Below, in pieces: positions 21,703 to 32,036 of a stretch of 64,000 bases of DNA. The translations under genes and the position numbers were made by a program. The stretch is from Gammaproteobacteria bacterium (GTDB lineage Bacteria; Pseudomonadota; Gammaproteobacteria; Eutrophobiales; Eutrophobiaceae). Position 1 is the first letter of the stretch, and each line of letters begins with the position of its first letter. The notes below the pieces were generated by a model. It was not told the DNA's origin, did no database searches, and saw only the letters and a program-made list of their open reading frames with translations. The stretch covers positions 352,001 through 416,000 of the forward strand of contig CBDCTH010000012.1 in the NCBI GenBank assembly GCA_965222155.1, written 5' to 3'.

Positions 21703-21781
21703 AAATCTTCCTTAATTCACATCAACGGATATAATATACCGCTCACGGAAAAAAGAACAGCTACGAACGGAGACCATTCCG

Positions 21782-23458
21782 ATGTTATCAGACATAGAGA
21801 TTGCCCAGCAGGCAAGCAAAAAACACATTATTAACCTCGCTGCGGAGCAGTACGGTATCGGCAGTGAGCACATGGAACCCTACGGCCATTACAAGGCCAA
21901 GCTGTCACTGGATTACATTGACAGTCTGAAGGACGAAGCCGACGGCAAATTGATCCTGACCACCGCCATCAGCCCCACGCCGGCGGGGGAGGGCAAGACC
22001 ACTACCACGGTCGGCTTGGGCGACGCCATGAACCGGATCGGCAAAAAGACCCTGATTTGCCTGCGCGAGCCATCCCTCGGACCCTGCTTCGGCGTCAAGG
22101 GCGGCGCTGCTGGCGGCGGCTATGCCCAGGTCGTGCCGATGGAAGACATCAACCTGCACTTTACCGGTGACTTTCATGCAATCGGCGCGGCGCACAACCT
22201 GTTGTCGGCAATGCTCGACAACCACATCAACCACGGCAACCGGTTGAATCTTGATCCCCGCCTGATTGCCTGGAAGCGGGTTGTGGACATGAATGACCGG
22301 GCCTTGCGCAAGGTCGTCATCTCCCTCGGCGGTACGGCCAACGGTTTCCCGCGGGAAGACGGTTACGACATCACCGTTGCCTCCGAAGTCATGGCCATCT
22401 TCTGTCTGGCGACCTCTCTCGCCGACCTGAGGGAACGACTCGGAAGAATTGTCATCGGCTACACCCGTGGCGATAGGCAGCCTGTGCATGCCAGCGACCT
22501 GAACGCCCACGGGGCAATGGCGGCGCTGCTGAAAGACGCCATCAAACCGAACCTGGTGCAAACCCTGGAGAACAACCTGGCCTTTGTGCATGGCGGGCCG
22601 TTTGCCAATATCGCCCATGGCTGCAACAGCGTGACCGCGACCAGGACCGCATTGAAGCTGGCGGATTACGTGATTACCGAGGCCGGGTTCGGCGCCGACC
22701 TGGGCGCGGAAAAATTCATTGACATCAAGTGTCGTATGGCGGGCCTGAAGCCCGCGGCCGTGGTGCTGGTGGCCACTATTCGCGCCATGAAATATCACGG
22801 TGGCGTCGACAAGCAGGATTTAAACGCGGAAAACCTGGAGGCGCTCGACAAGGGCCTGGTCAACCTGGAACGTCACCTGAATAACATCCAGCAACATTAC
22901 GGATTGCCGTGTGTGGTGTCCATCAATCATTTCACCAACGACACCGACGCCGAGATTGACATGCTGAAAAGCCGGGTGGAAGCGCTGGGCGGCAAGGCGG
23001 TGGTAGCCCGGCACTGGGCCGAAGGCGGCGCCGGCGCCGAGGAGTTGGCAAACACCGTTTCCGACGTAGTGGATAACAGCCCCGGCAACCACAGTTACGT
23101 CTATGATGACGACGTTTCACTGTGGGATAAGATAGAGGCCGTTGCCAGGAAGATTTACGGCGCCGGCAGTGTTACCGCCAACAGTAAGGTCCGGGCTGAG
23201 ATCGATAAACTGGGCCGGAATTACGGCAGTTTCCCGGTATGCATGGCGAAAACCCAGATGTCCTTTACTGCCGACCCCACGGTACGCGGCGCGCCGGAGG
23301 GACACAGCGTGGAAGTCAGCGAAGTCCGGCTGTCAAACGGAGCGGGTTTTATCGTAGCAATCGCCGGCAACATGATGACCATGCCGGGCCTGCCGAAAGT
23401 CCCTGCCGCCGAGAAGATCGACGTGGACGCCGACGGCAATATTACCGGTCTGTTCTGA
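21782..23458 (+). CDS. fhs: Formate--tetrahydrofolate ligase
   Basis: [69 protein letters not shown]. Confidence 0.97.
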   Translation: MLSDIEIAQQASKKHIINLAAEQYGIGSEHMEPYGHYKAKLSLDYIDSLKDEADGKLILTTAISPTPAGEGKTTTTVGLGDAMNRIGKKTLICLREPSLGPCFGVKGGAAGGGYAQVVPMEDINLHFTGDFHAIGAAHNLLSAMLDNHINHGNRLNLDPRLIAWKRVVDMNDRALRKVVISLGGTANGFPREDGYDITVASEVMAIFCLATSLADLRERLGRIVIGYTRGDRQPVHASDLNAHGAMAALLKDAIKPNLVQTLENNLAFVHGGPFANIAHGCNSVTATRTALKLADYVITEAGFGADLGAEKFIDIKCRMAGLKPAAVVLVATIRAMKYHGGVDKQDLNAENLEALDKGLVNLERHLNNIQQHYGLPCVVSINHFTNDTDAEIDMLKSRVEALGGKAVVARHWAEGGAGAEELANTVSDVVDNSPGNHSYVYDDDVSLWDKIEAVARKIYGAGSVTANSKVRAEIDKLGRNYGSFPVCMAKTQMSFTADPTVRGAPEGHSVEVSEVRLSNGAGFIVAIAGNMMTMPGLPKVPAAEKIDVDADGNITGLF

Positions 23459-23505
23459 AAATACAAGGGCTTAAGGCCTGAAAGAACTCCACGAAATCGA
23501 AGTCC

Positions 23506-23534
23506 CGTCATTCCGGGCTTGACCCGGAATCCAG
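23506..23534 (+). repeat. REP-like hairpin
   Basis: cgtcattccgggcttgacccggaatccag; inverted relative at 46647-46675. Confidence 0.7.
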
Positions 23535-23541
23535 CGCAAAA

Positions 23542-23633
23542 TCACGGGCGGACGCATCCCTGGCGAAGACGTAAACGTCCGTGTTCGGATACAGGTAGCG
23601 GGATAATTGCAGGACCAGGTGCGCCGAACCACC
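23542..23633 (-). pseudogene. Diverged internal fragment of the neighbouring alcohol dehydrogenase gene
   Basis: 92 bp aligning without gaps to 25245-25336, with several substitutions. Confidence 0.85.
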
Positions 23634-24235
23634 CCGCCCGTGACCCGTCCTGGCCGACCAATACCACTATGCCCCTCACCTACCATCCTGTTCCGCATAT
23701 TGCCTGAACAACCCGGGAACAAACCCGCTCGCCTTAAATCACCACAACAAAGCCAATTCGTCACACCCCGCAACCCGGGCCTTGCCTGGTTAATCATAGT
23801 GAGAGAGTCATATTATCCCGGCGAGTGGGCAGCTAATTCCAAGATAAGTCATAACCTTTATTTCGGAACAGCAGCCACAGGGATTGATTTTCCTATCCCT
23901 CCAATTCCGTTGAATTTTGCCTCCAGGGGGATACCCGTCTTTCGCGTTGCATCTATTTTTACTCGCTTCCATAGCGAGTCTTGACCTGACTTCACGAATT
24001 GTTACCTATGCGACCTCCTTACAGTAGCAGCCGGATAGGATATGCCGGGCTCATGAACTGAATCCAAGTGTTGAGACAAGTAGCTCAATCAGGTAACGAT
24101 TTATTGCAGAATCCGGGTTAAGGAAGATTACCTCTATTTTGGTAAAGAACAGAAGCAAGGCGAGAATATAAGGAAATGCAGAAATGACGGATATCGAGTA
24201 AACTAATAGTTATTGACAAATCCGCTGGGGAGTGA

Positions 24236-24427
24236 TTGATGCAAACTGCAAAACAAGACGTGGAAAGGATGCTGCAGCATTTACCTGGAGAAAGTACTTA
24301 TGAAGATATCCAATATCATTTATATGTACTGGAAAAGATTAAACGTGGACAAGACAATATTGCCAATGGTCAGAGTTGTAGTCACGAACAGGCGAAGGAA
24401 CGGTTAAGTCGATGGCTCAAACTGTAA
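24236..24427 (+). CDS. Putative antitoxin (addiction module component)
   Basis: [35 protein letters not shown]...[12 protein letters not shown]; overlaps the downstream RelE/ParE gene. Confidence 0.75.
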   Translation: MMQTAKQDVERMLQHLPGESTYEDIQYHLYVLEKIKRGQDNIANGQSCSHEQAKERLSRWLKL

Positions 24428-24855
24428 TATGGTCTGATGAATCCCTGAAAGATATTGATAGTATTGCAGAGTTTATCAGTCGAGACTCTGCCCACCATGC
24501 CCAACGCGTTGTTGATGAAATCATTCGCATTGTAGAAACGTTGCAGACCCAACCTAAAATGGGTCGTATTGTCCCGGAATTAAACCAGCCACAGATACGA
24601 GAGCACTTCATATATAGTTATCGTATTATTTATGAAATCGAAGACGAACAACTTCATATTCTGGCTGTCATTCACGGTAGACGACCTACCAGACCCTCGC
24701 CCCGCGTGGAAGTCAGTGAGGTCAGGCTATCAAACGGAGCGGGTTTTATCGTAGCAATCGCCGGCAACATGATGACCATGCCGGGCCTGCCGAAAGTCCC
24801 TGCCGCCGAGAAGATCGACGTGGACGCCGACGGCAATATTACCGGCTTATTCTGA
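24412..24855 (+). CDS. RelE/ParE-family toxin fused in frame to the duplicated Fhs C-terminus
   Basis: [22 protein letters not shown]...PKMGRIVPE...YSYRIIY...ILAVIHGRR, followed by [14 protein letters not shown]...NITGLF identical to the end of Fhs. Confidence 0.85.
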   Translation: MAQTVIWSDESLKDIDSIAEFISRDSAHHAQRVVDEIIRIVETLQTQPKMGRIVPELNQPQIREHFIYSYRIIYEIEDEQLHILAVIHGRRPTRPSPRVEVSEVRLSNGAGFIVAIAGNMMTMPGLPKVPAAEKIDVDADGNITGLF

Positions 24856-25852
24856 GCACCTTTGCGCCTTTCACTGGCGCGAATTTCAGCGCCAGTAATG
24901 CCTTGTTGGCGTCTTCAAGCGGGTAGCTCTCGGTCTTTGGCTGAATAGGAATCGCCGCGCCGATATCGAGGAACTCCCGGATGTCCCAATGGGTGATGTT
25001 GGCGACGCTCTTTATCTCCTTTTCCCGCCACAGGTGTTCGTTGTAGTCAAGCCCTAACAAAGCCTCCTTGTCGCTATCTTCCTTGCGGATGGCGTTAATC
25101 ACCAGGCGGCCCCCAGGTCGCAGGTTGCGCATCGCATCCACTAGCGGTTTCCAGGCCGGTGTGGTGTCAATAACGGCATGTAGCCGGGCAGGACAGCCAT
25201 CGGCGCTGTCACCGGCCCAGACCGCACCCGATTCCAATGCAAATTCACGGGCAGACGCATCCCTGGCGAATACGTAGACATCCGTATCTGGATACAGGTA
25301 ACGGGATAATTGCAGGACCAGGTGCGCCGAACCACCGAACCCGGTCAGACCCAACCGGTCACCGTCATTGATCTGTGCCAGTTTCAATGCCCGATAGCCT
25401 ATTGCGCCGGCGCACAACAGGGGCGCTGCCTGCTCATCGGTGAAAACTTCCGGGATGGGATAGGCGTATTGCTCGGGAACGGTCATATACTCGGCGTATC
25501 CGCCGTTGACGTCTTTACCCGTTGCCAGGAATTCGGGACTCAGGTTTTCATCCCGTTTTCCGGTGGATTGGTGAATCCAGCCTACACCCACACGTACACC
25601 CGGTTCAAAAACCCGGGCATCTTTGCCGAGTTTTTCAACGACCCCAATGACCTCATGGCCCGGTACGACAGGAAGCCGGGGAGGTATGAGACGCCCCTCG
25701 ATTTCATCTAGTTCCGTATGGCAGACGCCACAGGCCGATATCCTGATAAGGACCTCACCAGAACCCGGTTCAGGTACTGGAATATCCACCAGGCGTAAAG
25801 ACTGCCTGTCGGGATCCATCGGACCAATTTCGGATAATGCCATTGCGTTCAT
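24839..25852 (-). CDS. Zinc-dependent alcohol dehydrogenase (MDR family)
   Basis: CGVCHTE catalytic Cys, PGHE, GGYAEY, APLLCAG, GFGGSA Rossmann motif. Confidence 0.9.
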   Translation of the reverse strand: MNAMALSEIGPMDPDRQSLRLVDIPVPEPGSGEVLIRISACGVCHTELDEIEGRLIPPRLPVVPGHEVIGVVEKLGKDARVFEPGVRVGVGWIHQSTGKRDENLSPEFLATGKDVNGGYAEYMTVPEQYAYPIPEVFTDEQAAPLLCAGAIGYRALKLAQINDGDRLGLTGFGGSAHLVLQLSRYLYPDTDVYVFARDASAREFALESGAVWAGDSADGCPARLHAVIDTTPAWKPLVDAMRNLRPGGRLVINAIRKEDSDKEALLGLDYNEHLWREKEIKSVANITHWDIREFLDIGAAIPIQPKTESYPLEDANKALLALKFAPVKGAKVLRISR

Positions 25853-25887
25853 AGTGACAACTCATTATAGTAAATAATTCTTGTTGT

Positions 25888-25964
25888 GCGCCCGTAGCTC
25901 AGCTGGATAGAGTACCTGGCTACGAACTAGGGGGTCGGAGGTTCGAATCCTTCCGGGCGCGCCA
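25888..25964 (+). tRNA. tRNA-Arg (anticodon ACG)
   Basis: GCGCCCG acceptor stem, AGCTCAGCTGGATAGAGT D-arm, CCTGG-CTACGAA-CTAGG anticodon arm, GTTCGAATCC, encoded CCA. Confidence 0.97.
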
Positions 25965-25970
25965 TTTTCA

Positions 25971-26030
25971 TGTGGGTCCGTACCGGAGATATGGTTTACA
26001 GTTTTTGAATAAACGGATTGGGAGCCGACG
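25971..26030 (-). mobile_element. Remnant terminus of an IS481-like element downstream of tRNA-Arg
   Basis: Begins TGT six bases after CCA; contains taccggagatatggtttaca; minus strand encodes APNPFIQKL*, resembling IS481 transposase C-termini (from recall). Confidence 0.5.
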
Positions 26031-26090
26031 GTGCGTACCGGAGTTCAGATATTATACGCCAATAACACACAAATCGAGGCTGTATAGGAA

Positions 26091-26519
26091 GTGCTTGCTT
26101 CGAGCTTAGCGTTCAATTCACTACTTCTCATTTCCTGCCTGGTCATGGGCCTGGTTCTGGTGCGCTCGCGCATGCTCAGGAATGACCTATGGAAGGCGAC
26201 CCTGACCCCTCTCTCATTCATTATAGGGAGCGGCCTGTTACAGGAAAACAGCCGTGGCCGCCTGTCGACCAGGATTGGATACGTATCGATCTCCGTCTGT
26301 TCGATTCTGCTGGTGTGGGCGGTTGACCTGCTTGAGATCATCACGCTGGCTTCCCGGGCCTTTGCGACCTATTACTTCCTGCAGGCCCTGCTCGCCATCT
26401 TCTACAATTACAAGGATAGTCCTCCGATGGCGCGCGTGACGTTGGCCAATGAGATACTGTTCGTGACCCTCGCTATCATATTGGCCTACGTGATCGTATT
26501 CTCTATTCCCGCGGGTTGA
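26091..26519 (+). pseudogene. Internally deleted APC-like permease remnant
   Basis: LWKATLTPLSFIIGSG (N-terminal APC-like motif) joined directly to C-terminal IITLASRAFATYYFLQ...FSIPAG; only about 140 aa. Confidence 0.5.
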
Positions 26520-26555
26520 GCGCCGTGCCGGAGGTTGTAATTGGAATATGACAAC

Positions 26556-27785
26556 TTATTTGGCGCGCCTTAAATCAATGAAAGGTAATTTCACTACCCT
26601 GGCATTCACCAAACCTGTTTTATCTTTAACATGAAACTGAACGGTCACTTCCGTGTCCGGTTCGCAATATTCTTTTTCCAAGTGCCCGAAACCGATGACC
26701 TTTTGAATTGTAGGACTCCAGGCAATACTGGTCGCACGGCCAATCTTTTTGCCGTCTTTCGTCACCACTAACGGATACCATATCGGGGTTGGAACCACAA
26801 CCGGAGCCAAACCCTGTGCGGTATACATCTCAGCTATCCCTTGCCATTCAATCTGTAACCCTACCCGGTTGCGCCAAACACCTGTTTCTATTTCTTTTAA
26901 CAGTGCGGCTTTGCCCAGGAAATCACCGCTGTCAAAATCAACAAACCGGCCTGCTCCCAATTCAAATGGTGAAGCTTTATTTTCCGAATCCACTTCAATC
27001 GGCGCGCCAATCGCATCAGTCACCGCTCCGCCATTAGTGAAATCCGGTCCCGGAATGATCAAACCGGCTTCTATACGTGCGGTATCCAAAGCAAGGTAAC
27101 CCGCGGGTTTTATACCGTGGGCATCTCCTGCTTCCATTATCGCATCCCACAGAGCTGCACCATTGTCTTCAGCGACACATAATTCATAACCATGTTCGCC
27201 AGTGAAACCTTGCCGGGCAACCTCCACATCAACCCCTCCGATTTCTGCAATACGGATCCGGGAAAACCTGAAACCCGACCAGTCTTCACCCGTTGCGGCT
27301 TCCAGGACTGCCCGGGATTTTGGACCTTGTAATGAAAGGATCCCGCGTTCGTGAGTGACTTCTTTGATTCGTATGTCAAAACCCTCAGCATTTTGCATGA
27401 GCCAGCCGTGACTCGGATCACCGGTGATTCGGAACCTGTCCTCACTCATCCGGAATGCCATACCGTCGCTGACTACCTTGCCGTCATGATCGCACCACGG
27501 TGTATAAAACACCTGATTTACCTCCATTTTCCTTGCATCACGGGTAATGATATAGTTGGTAAACCGCGCTGCATCCGGACCGGAAATATCAAATTTCGAT
27601 AGCGGGGACATGTCAATGACTGCTACAGCTTCACGAATGGCCTTGAGTTCATCATCGAGACCGCTGAATACATCAACGACGTGATAGATATCCCAGGCAA
27701 TCCATCTCACGAATAGATTCAACGGCTCTGTGCGTGATTTAAACGGTGTTCCTGCAAAGCCGGTATTGTTTATACCTGTCCCCAT
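26556..27785 (-). CDS. GcvT-like folate-binding aminomethyltransferase family protein 1
   Basis: AIREAVAVIDMSPLSKF..SGPDA, YTPWCDHDGKVVSDG, LQGPKSR, RQGFTGEHGYE, ARIEAGL. Confidence 0.9.
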   Translation of the reverse strand: MGTGINNTGFAGTPFKSRTEPLNLFVRWIAWDIYHVVDVFSGLDDELKAIREAVAVIDMSPLSKFDISGPDAARFTNYIITRDARKMEVNQVFYTPWCDHDGKVVSDGMAFRMSEDRFRITGDPSHGWLMQNAEGFDIRIKEVTHERGILSLQGPKSRAVLEAATGEDWSGFRFSRIRIAEIGGVDVEVARQGFTGEHGYELCVAEDNGAALWDAIMEAGDAHGIKPAGYLALDTARIEAGLIIPGPDFTNGGAVTDAIGAPIEVDSENKASPFELGAGRFVDFDSGDFLGKAALLKEIETGVWRNRVGLQIEWQGIAEMYTAQGLAPVVVPTPIWYPLVVTKDGKKIGRATSIAWSPTIQKVIGFGHLEKEYCEPDTEVTVQFHVKDKTGLVNARVVKLPFIDLRRAK

Positions 27786-27810
27786 TCCTGAACGTCACCC
27801 CCGGGATTCA

Positions 27811-28860
27811 TCAGGGTTTCCCCAGACCGAACAACTGCACCATGTCACGCCGATATTGGATGGAGAATTTATCGGCGGGGATGGAGGTTTCCTCTGCGAG
27901 GTTTAACGGCACTGAATACGGTCTCTGACTTTCCACAACGACAACGTCCTCCGAGTTGGTTACCAACTGGTACTCGGCGTAATCCTCTACGGTCGCCCCC
28001 GGAATATTGGTGAGTGAGATCTGGTAGATGACTGTTTCCCCGGCGCTGACGGGTGAGGCAATATCGTAGAAATGGCTGGTCATTTCCTCCGTATAGTCAA
28101 CCTTTAGATCCGTGGCATAGGGATAGGTCAGGTCATGGGTGTAATAGACTTCACGCTCACCGATATTGTCGTCATTAAACCCTCTTTCCACTTCGATATA
28201 AGGCAATTCCATGTGCAGACCGTAGTCGGTACGCTCCAGAATATAATCTTCCAGCTGCGGCCGTTGCCGGTTTCCGAACGTCTTCATGTGTACCCAGGAA
28301 ATATGGGCAATATCATTGAAGTTTTCACAGTGGCGGCTGGCAGTGGCCTGCCATACCCCCTTGGGTATTTCGATCCTGAGCCAGCCGGCATCGTGATTTT
28401 CCAGCAACGGCCATTCGGGCAATGGCCGTGAGGATTGGTCTTTAAGACATGCCCATACCAGGCCATAACGTTCAACCGATTGATAGGTGGTTAAACACAT
28501 CCTGGCGGGAATGGGCATATTCTGATCTACATAGGACGGAATTTTTGTACACGCTCCCTGGTAGTTGTAATGATGACCGTGAAACGGACACACTACGTTA
28601 TTACCGCCGTCATCCATCCAGCCCTGGCTGAGTTTTGTCCCGCGGTGAGGGCATTGGTCTTTTGCAACCGTGGTTCCCTCCGGGGTTTTATAGATGACCA
28701 GGTCGGTATCCAGCAACCTGACCGCCAGGGGTTTGTCCTTGATCTCCGAGGTAAATGCTACCGGATGCCAGAAAGCAGCCAGGATATGCCAGTCATTTTC
28801 AGAAATACCGCTGGCAGCCGGATAATCTGTTGTGACTGAGTGGCTGGTGGGTAAATACAT
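27811..28860 (-). CDS. VanA/Ndm-like Rieske oxygenase (subtype A; probable start MYLPT at 28860)
   Basis: FWHPVAF, CPHRG...CPFHG, ENFNDIAHISWVH, ED..VVESQ.P, ADKFSIQYRR. Confidence 0.9.
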   Translation of the reverse strand: MYLPTSHSVTTDYPAASGISENDWHILAAFWHPVAFTSEIKDKPLAVRLLDTDLVIYKTPEGTTVAKDQCPHRGTKLSQGWMDDGGNNVVCPFHGHHYNYQGACTKIPSYVDQNMPIPARMCLTTYQSVERYGLVWACLKDQSSRPLPEWPLLENHDAGWLRIEIPKGVWQATASRHCENFNDIAHISWVHMKTFGNRQRPQLEDYILERTDYGLHMELPYIEVERGFNDDNIGEREVYYTHDLTYPYATDLKVDYTEEMTSHFYDIASPVSAGETVIYQISLTNIPGATVEDYAEYQLVTNSEDVVVVESQRPYSVPLNLAEETSIPADKFSIQYRRDMVQLFGLGKP

Positions 28861-28861
28861 A

Positions 28862-29839
28862 TCACACAATTCCAAAATCCATGCCGATGTCTTTTAAATG
28901 CCGCCGGTACTTCGAGGTAAATAAATCCGAACGCAAGTGCAGTTCTTCGCTCAGGTCCACGGGTAATAATTCAGGGCGCTGGGATTCAAGTATGGGAATG
29001 TCCTGACCGATAATCAGGCTGTGAAAGTCTGCGATATCCTGCTCGCTCAAATCCGCTGCGTAGTTATAAGCGGCGATAAAATGTGCCCATGACTTGTTTT
29101 CAGTCTCCGGCCTCACGGCAAACATCAGGACAAACTTTTCCTTGTTGCTGGGCGTGCCGATGTGTTTCACGAAGTAAACCGTTAACGGAGCCAGGATACC
29201 GAAGTCATACCAGGCATCCCCTCCTACCCCCGTGCCATCCGGGTCCGGTTGAAAATAACGCACATTTTTTACAAAATACCCATCTTCCGTATCTTCCACA
29301 CGGTAATCATCAATGACTGCGTGACTGGAATCCCCCAATATGCCGTCGTGCAGGATCGGAGGGTGCGACAGGTCCAGGAAGTTTTCCACTACCCGCGGGG
29401 CACCGGCGTTGATTTCATAAGGACCACAGGGAATCACGCGATAATCAGGTTCATTGAACTGGGGTAGATCAGGCAAAGGGCGTGAAGTGTCGCCGAGGTT
29501 CACCCAGATTAACCCGGCATGTTCCCTGGCCTGGTAAATGGCAGTCGCTCTGGCCTTGGCCGGCATCCTGATCTCGGGATGGGCCGGAATATACTCGCAC
29601 TGGCCTGCGTCATTATATTCCCAGCCGTGATAGGCGCAGCGAAGGCGGTTGTTGCAAACAGTCCCCAGGCTCAAACGTACTCCGCGATGGACACAGAGGT
29701 CTTTCCAGGCGCAGAGCCTGTCTTTTGAACGCCAGACCACCAGATCTTCACCCAGTACCGTGGCCGCGATCGGTTTTTCATCGGTCAAGGTCCCGGCCAA
29801 CCCGACAGGATGCCAATATTGTTTGATCACTTCAGTCAT
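28862..29839 (-). CDS. VanA/Ndm-like Rieske oxygenase (subtype C)
   Basis: YWHPV, CVHRG...CAYHG, GPYEINAGAPRVVENFLDLSHPPILH, QDIPILESQRP, YRRHLKDIGMDFG. Confidence 0.9.
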   Translation of the reverse strand: MTEVIKQYWHPVGLAGTLTDEKPIAATVLGEDLVVWRSKDRLCAWKDLCVHRGVRLSLGTVCNNRLRCAYHGWEYNDAGQCEYIPAHPEIRMPAKARATAIYQAREHAGLIWVNLGDTSRPLPDLPQFNEPDYRVIPCGPYEINAGAPRVVENFLDLSHPPILHDGILGDSSHAVIDDYRVEDTEDGYFVKNVRYFQPDPDGTGVGGDAWYDFGILAPLTVYFVKHIGTPSNKEKFVLMFAVRPETENKSWAHFIAAYNYAADLSEQDIADFHSLIIGQDIPILESQRPELLPVDLSEELHLRSDLFTSKYRRHLKDIGMDFGIV

Positions 29840-29854
29840 TATTTCACCTCGCTG

Positions 29855-31081
29855 TTACCCGGCGCGTTTGATATCGATGAAAGGCAGCCTTACAACCGTG
29901 GCATCAATCTGACCGGTTTCACGACCAACTTCAAATTCCACTGAAACTTCCGTACCGGGATCGCTGTGATCCGCATCGATAAATGCGAAACCGGCAATGC
30001 TGTTTGCAGCGGGGCTCCAGGCAATGCTGGTAGCCCGGCCGATTGTTTTGTTGTTCATCGTGATATTCAAGGGATACCAAACCGGTACAGGCACGACCAC
30101 CGGTGGCAAACCTTGTTTAGTAAACAATCCGGCAATTCCCTCCCAATCAATCAGTAACCCCCGCATTTTCCTGGCTGCCCCCGTTTCCTTTTCCCGCATC
30201 AGCGCCTCCTTGCCGATGAAGCCGGCTTTATCCAGATGTACGAAATTACCTATACGCATTTCATACGGCGACCTTTCGTCCTGCCTGTCAACTTCGATGG
30301 CCGCGCCGCGTTCCGTATCAGTACCTGCTCCCGTATAGTCGGGGCCCACAATGATCAACCCTGCTTCCATGCGCGCCACGTCATGGGCATGGAACCCGGC
30401 AGGCTGCAAACCGAAGCGTTCTGCGTGCCGGTAAACGGCATCCCAGACAGAGCTAGCACCTTCGTTCTCCACCCACAACTCACAACCATGCTCACCGGTA
30501 AACCCTTGACGCATGACGGCAACCTCAACACCATCAATTTCTATATGGCGGATGCGCGAGAAGGCAAAATCCGACCAGTCCTCACCTGTCGACGCTTCCA
30601 GCACAAGCCGTGATTTCGGTCCCTGTAATGCCAGGATGCCATAGTCATGGCTGATATCGATGATCTCTATATCAAATCCCCGTGCATGTTGATTAAGCCA
30701 GTGGTATTGGGGATCGGTGGAGATGCGAAATTTATCCTTCTCCAACCTGAATATCATGCCGTCACCCACGGTTTTTCCGTTGTCGTTGCACCAAGGTGAA
30801 TAATAGATCTGTCCGATCTGCTGACCGGTCATATCACGTGTCACCAGGTAATCCAGGAACCGTTCCGCATCGGGGCCTATAATGTCGTATTTCCCCAGCG
30901 GAGACATGTCTATGGTTGCGGCGGTGTTACGAATGGCATGGTATTCCGTGTTAAAACCGTTAAATGTATCCACTATGTGATACTTGTCCCAGGCAACCCA
31001 GCGCTGGTTAAAATTTAACGGTGCCGTTCGGGCATTAAACGGTGTGCCGACAAAATCGGTAGTTTGTACATGTACGCTCAA
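29855..31081 (-). CDS. GcvT-like folate-binding aminomethyltransferase family protein 2
   Basis: Clear paralog of 26556-27785: GTPFNART, IDMSPLGKY, LQGPKSR, RQGFTGEHG, ARMEAGL. Confidence 0.9.
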   Translation of the reverse strand: MSVHVQTTDFVGTPFNARTAPLNFNQRWVAWDKYHIVDTFNGFNTEYHAIRNTAATIDMSPLGKYDIIGPDAERFLDYLVTRDMTGQQIGQIYYSPWCNDNGKTVGDGMIFRLEKDKFRISTDPQYHWLNQHARGFDIEIIDISHDYGILALQGPKSRLVLEASTGEDWSDFAFSRIRHIEIDGVEVAVMRQGFTGEHGCELWVENEGASSVWDAVYRHAERFGLQPAGFHAHDVARMEAGLIIVGPDYTGAGTDTERGAAIEVDRQDERSPYEMRIGNFVHLDKAGFIGKEALMREKETGAARKMRGLLIDWEGIAGLFTKQGLPPVVVPVPVWYPLNITMNNKTIGRATSIAWSPAANSIAGFAFIDADHSDPGTEVSVEFEVGRETGQIDATVVRLPFIDIKRAG

Positions 31082-31191
31082 GGCATTTCTCCTGATAAAT
31101 TATTGACGTATCCATGATAAAAAAGGAATGTTTGCAAGTGAGGATTATTTGTCTGAAAGTCACATTTCCCTAATCTATACTAAACGTATAA

Positions 31192-32022
31192 ATGAATATT
31201 TTCACTAAGGACCAGCCATTTCAATTTGGCGATGCAGTTTTTCCGGCCGGAGGCCGTTATGGTCCTGTAACCCATGAGCATCTGGACATCTCTGTGATTC
31301 TTGAGGGTGAAGCAACATTTGTGATAGATGGAACAGAAAATCATTATTTATCCGGTACCGCAATATTTGCCTATTCAGAAGAATACTTTGAAGTGACCCT
31401 GCCAAAAGGCAAACGGCATGTTATATGCTGGTGTCATACCGGTGAACTGTCCATTCCGAAAAAATACAAACTCCAACTTAAATCCATAACCAACGCGCAG
31501 CCCGCATCGAAATTAATGATGTTATTAATAAAGGAAGGCATTAATTTGGATCATGGTGAGAGTGTCAATTTAAGCAGATTGCGAAATTCGCTGGGAGAAG
31601 CCGTGTTCAATGAATATTTCTACCGTGCCAATCTTAAGGAAGAAGACAGCATTTATCCTCCCGCGGTTGCGAGATCAAAACGATTTATAGAGAACAATTT
31701 TACCGGCGCCTGCGATTTGAACGATATTGGCACTCACGTGGGTTTAAACCCTCGTTATTTACTACGGTTATTTAAACGGCATGTTGGTATGACACCAATA
31801 CGCTATCTGTGGCGTTTACGGGCAGAAAGAGGTGTGTACCTGTTACACCAGTCCAAACTGAGCGTAAACCATATAGCTGAGCAATGTGGTTTTCAATCTC
31901 CCCATCATTTCTCACGCCATATAAAAGAACATTACGGTTTGTCTCCGATGAACCTGAGACAACAAACAAGGCAGCGGGATCCCTTTAAGTTTAATAATGA
32001 CGTGCCTGAAATACGTTATTAG
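31192..32022 (+). CDS. AraC-family transcriptional regulator
   Basis: Cupin-like N-terminus; C-terminal double HTH (YLLRLFKRHVGMTP...IAEQCGFQSPHHFSR..K..YGLSP); divergent from the GcvT/Rieske operon. Confidence 0.92.
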   Translation: MNIFTKDQPFQFGDAVFPAGGRYGPVTHEHLDISVILEGEATFVIDGTENHYLSGTAIFAYSEEYFEVTLPKGKRHVICWCHTGELSIPKKYKLQLKSITNAQPASKLMMLLIKEGINLDHGESVNLSRLRNSLGEAVFNEYFYRANLKEEDSIYPPAVARSKRFIENNFTGACDLNDIGTHVGLNPRYLLRLFKRHVGMTPIRYLWRLRAERGVYLLHQSKLSVNHIAEQCGFQSPHHFSRHIKEHYGLSPMNLRQQTRQRDPFKFNNDVPEIRY

Positions 32023-32036
32023 ATACATACGAAAGC

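Larger units (their letters stand above)
23307..24855 (+). repeat. 152-bp direct repeat of the fhs 3' end bracketing a 1.4-kb insert
   Basis: 23307-23458 repeats at 24704-24855 (offset 1397); identical central core, synonymous differences at both edges. Confidence 0.92.

Noticed and set aside
26556-31081. Glycine cleavage system T proteins
   Set aside because: No gcvH or gcvP nearby; two paralogs flank oxygenase genes, as is typical of stand-alone GcvT-like demethylation proteins.
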